Shown here: piece by piece, positions 62,524-64,000 of the stretch
How positions within the stretch are numbered: position 1 is the stretch's first letter
Layout: every line of letters starts with the position of its first letter
Virus record (IMG/VR): IMGVR_UViG_3300002231_000147
Location: 1 to 64,000 of that record
Length of the DNA: 64,000 nt
DNA from: an uncultured virus (IMG/VR IMGVR_UViG_3300002231_000147)
Lineage: Duplodnaviria > Heunggongvirae > Uroviricota > Caudoviricetes
Direction: 5' to 3' (one strand)
The notes under the pieces: model-generated
Seen by the model: the letters and a program-made list of their open reading frames with translations, nothing else
What the model was told of the DNA's origin: nothing
The model's database searches: none
Position numbers and translations under genes: made by a program

Positions 62524-64000
62524 ATGGCTATACAATTCTCAGAAGTAATTAAACAAGGTGGTGGAACAATGGAACTTAATGTCCTTGATCCAACTCAAAC
62601 AGGTGTAGATGCATCTATTTCAACAATTGGGACATCTACCGACAATAAGCAGTGGGTTAAAGTTGGTGCATTAGCTACTGATTGGAGACAAATTTTATCA
62701 AGTGAAGAAGATGGATCATANTTAGCTACTATCGAATTAGTTGATGTTACCGAGACTACTCCATCTACAAATGTATTAGGTGTTAAATATAACAAACCTA
62801 CTCTCGGTGATGGTGAAACAGTTGGTGGTTTACCAATTGTTATGCAATCTAATTTACCACCCCAAACCTTAATCGGAACAGCTACTGATGTATTCATGGT
62901 GAACAGCACTACGCTGTTACCTGCTGACGTTCCACTACTACCAACAAGTTTATATATTGGTAATAGTGTTACTGACATTGGCGCAAATACTTTCGACATT
63001 GAGGTTACTTTAGAAGGTAGTTTAGCAATTCCAGATTCGGTTACTTCAATTGGTGATTATGCGTTTAACGATTGTTCTGGTTTCGATGGAACACTAACAC
63101 TTGGTAACTCACTTACTACGATTGGAGATAGTGCTTTTAGGGATTGTAGTAGCTTCATTGGTGAATTAACAATCCCAGATTCAGTTACTTCGATTGAATT
63201 AAATACTTTTAGAGGTTGCAGTAGCTTCACAGGTAGTTTAACAATTCCAGATTCAGTTACTACGATTGGAGATAGTGACTTTCAGACTATGTTCTAGTTT
63301 CACTGGAACATTAACACTTGGTAACTCAATTACTTCGATTGAGACCGCTGCTTTCGCTGGTTGTTTTGGTTTTACTGGAGGATTAACAATTCCAGATTCA
63401 GTTACTTCGATTGGAATAAACGCTTTCGTAAGCTGTTCTGGTTTCGATGGAACACTAACACTTCCTACAAATCCATCATTTACTGCGATTGCCTCTAACA
63501 CTTTCAACGGTTGTAGTGGATTCGTCGGTAGTTTAACAATTCCAGATTCAGTTACTTCGATTGGAAATAATGCTTTCGATTCATGTCTGGGTTTCAATGG
63601 AACACTAACACTTCCTACAAATCCATCATTTACTACAATTGAGGATAATGTATTTAACGGATGTTCTAATTTCACAGGCAACTTAACTATCCCTGATAGT
63701 GTAACAGATATTGGAACAGACGCTTTCAACGATTGTAATGACTTCAATGGAACGTTAACACTCGGTAACTCACTCACTGATATCGGAAGTGGGGCTTTCC
63801 GAAATTGTTTTGGATTTATAGGCACGTTATCAATTCCAAGTTCAGTTAATCAAATTAGAAATAGTGCTTTTAGGGCTATGGTTAGTGTTACTCGCATTGA
63901 GATACATGCTACAGTAGCACCTACAATCAACGCTGCTGCATTTGCTGATATGACTAGTGTAAGTCCTGCTGAAATACACGTTCCATCTGGCGCAACAGGT
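62524..64000 (+). CDS. BspA-type leucine-rich-repeat protein (partial; indel near 63290)
   Basis: About 25-aa repeats of LTIPDSVTSIGxxAFxxCxxFxG; open to the window end. Confidence 0.9.
63020..63870 (+). repeat. ~75-bp LRR coding repeats with identical blocks
   Basis: GGAACACTAACACTTCCTACAAATCCATCATTTACT is identical at 63449-63484 and 63599-63634. ACAATTCCAGATTCAGTTACT occurs three times. Confidence 0.85.

Noticed and set aside
282..63300. Programmed frameshifts or pseudogenes in gp18, gp17, gp43, gp20, gp21, gp14, rnh, rmlB and others
   Set aside because: The breaks are mostly single-base indels in or next to homopolymers within essential genes, and n bases are present. Sequencing error is the simplest explanation.
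973..63825. Many short antisense or alternate-frame ORFs in the track (e.g. 5750-6073, 34194-34664, 63253-63825)
   Set aside because: They are shadows of well-supported genes and have no motifs or promoters of their own.
1..64000. Genome-wide stop-codon reassignment
   Set aside because: TAA, TAG and TGA all end genes at expected positions (for example ATGA couplings at 45170 and 50310). Only one in-frame stop was seen.
62524..64000. CRISPR array or DGR template/variable repeat
   Set aside because: The repeats are in-frame LRR coding units. No reverse transcriptase or cas gene is in the window, and I saw no adenine-specific mismatch pattern.
1..64000. tRNA or rRNA genes
   Set aside because: Intergenic gaps are short and no cloverleaf or T-loop pattern was recognised by eye. 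tRNAscan was not run.

Overview
This is a 64 kb, AT-rich fragment of a large T4-like (myovirus-type) bacteriophage genome. It holds tail and baseplate genes (hub/tape-measure-like, gp26/gp51-like, gp54-like, gp19, gp18, gp3, gp15), neck and head genes (gp13, gp14, gp17, gp20, gp4, gp21), most of the T4-type replisome and recombination set (gp61, rnh, gp45, gp32, gp59-like, gp41, UvsX, gp43, UvsY, UvsW, gp47, gp46) and the late sigma factor gp55 with many TATAAATA late promoters. The read has many single-base indels and n bases, so genes split in the ORF track were re-joined by eye and their coordinates are approximate. The main accessory content is a large glycan toolkit: RmlA, RmlB and an epimerase/reductase for NDP-rhamnose, five glycosyltransferases, a sulfotransferase and a pyruvyltransferase. 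Exposed neck and tail proteins repeatedly carry an L-S-[A/G] motif, and the DNA strongly avoids CCGG, GGCC and GTAC. Together these suggest virion-protein glycosylation rather than DNA hypermodification (inference). Other notable items are a set of putative capsid-packaged proteins (nucleotidyltransferase, GNAT-like, lytic enzyme), a duplicated anchor-plus-adhesin module, a degenerate DHH protein between helicase and loader, and structured RNA leaders. All product calls come from motif recognition and gene order, not database searches.
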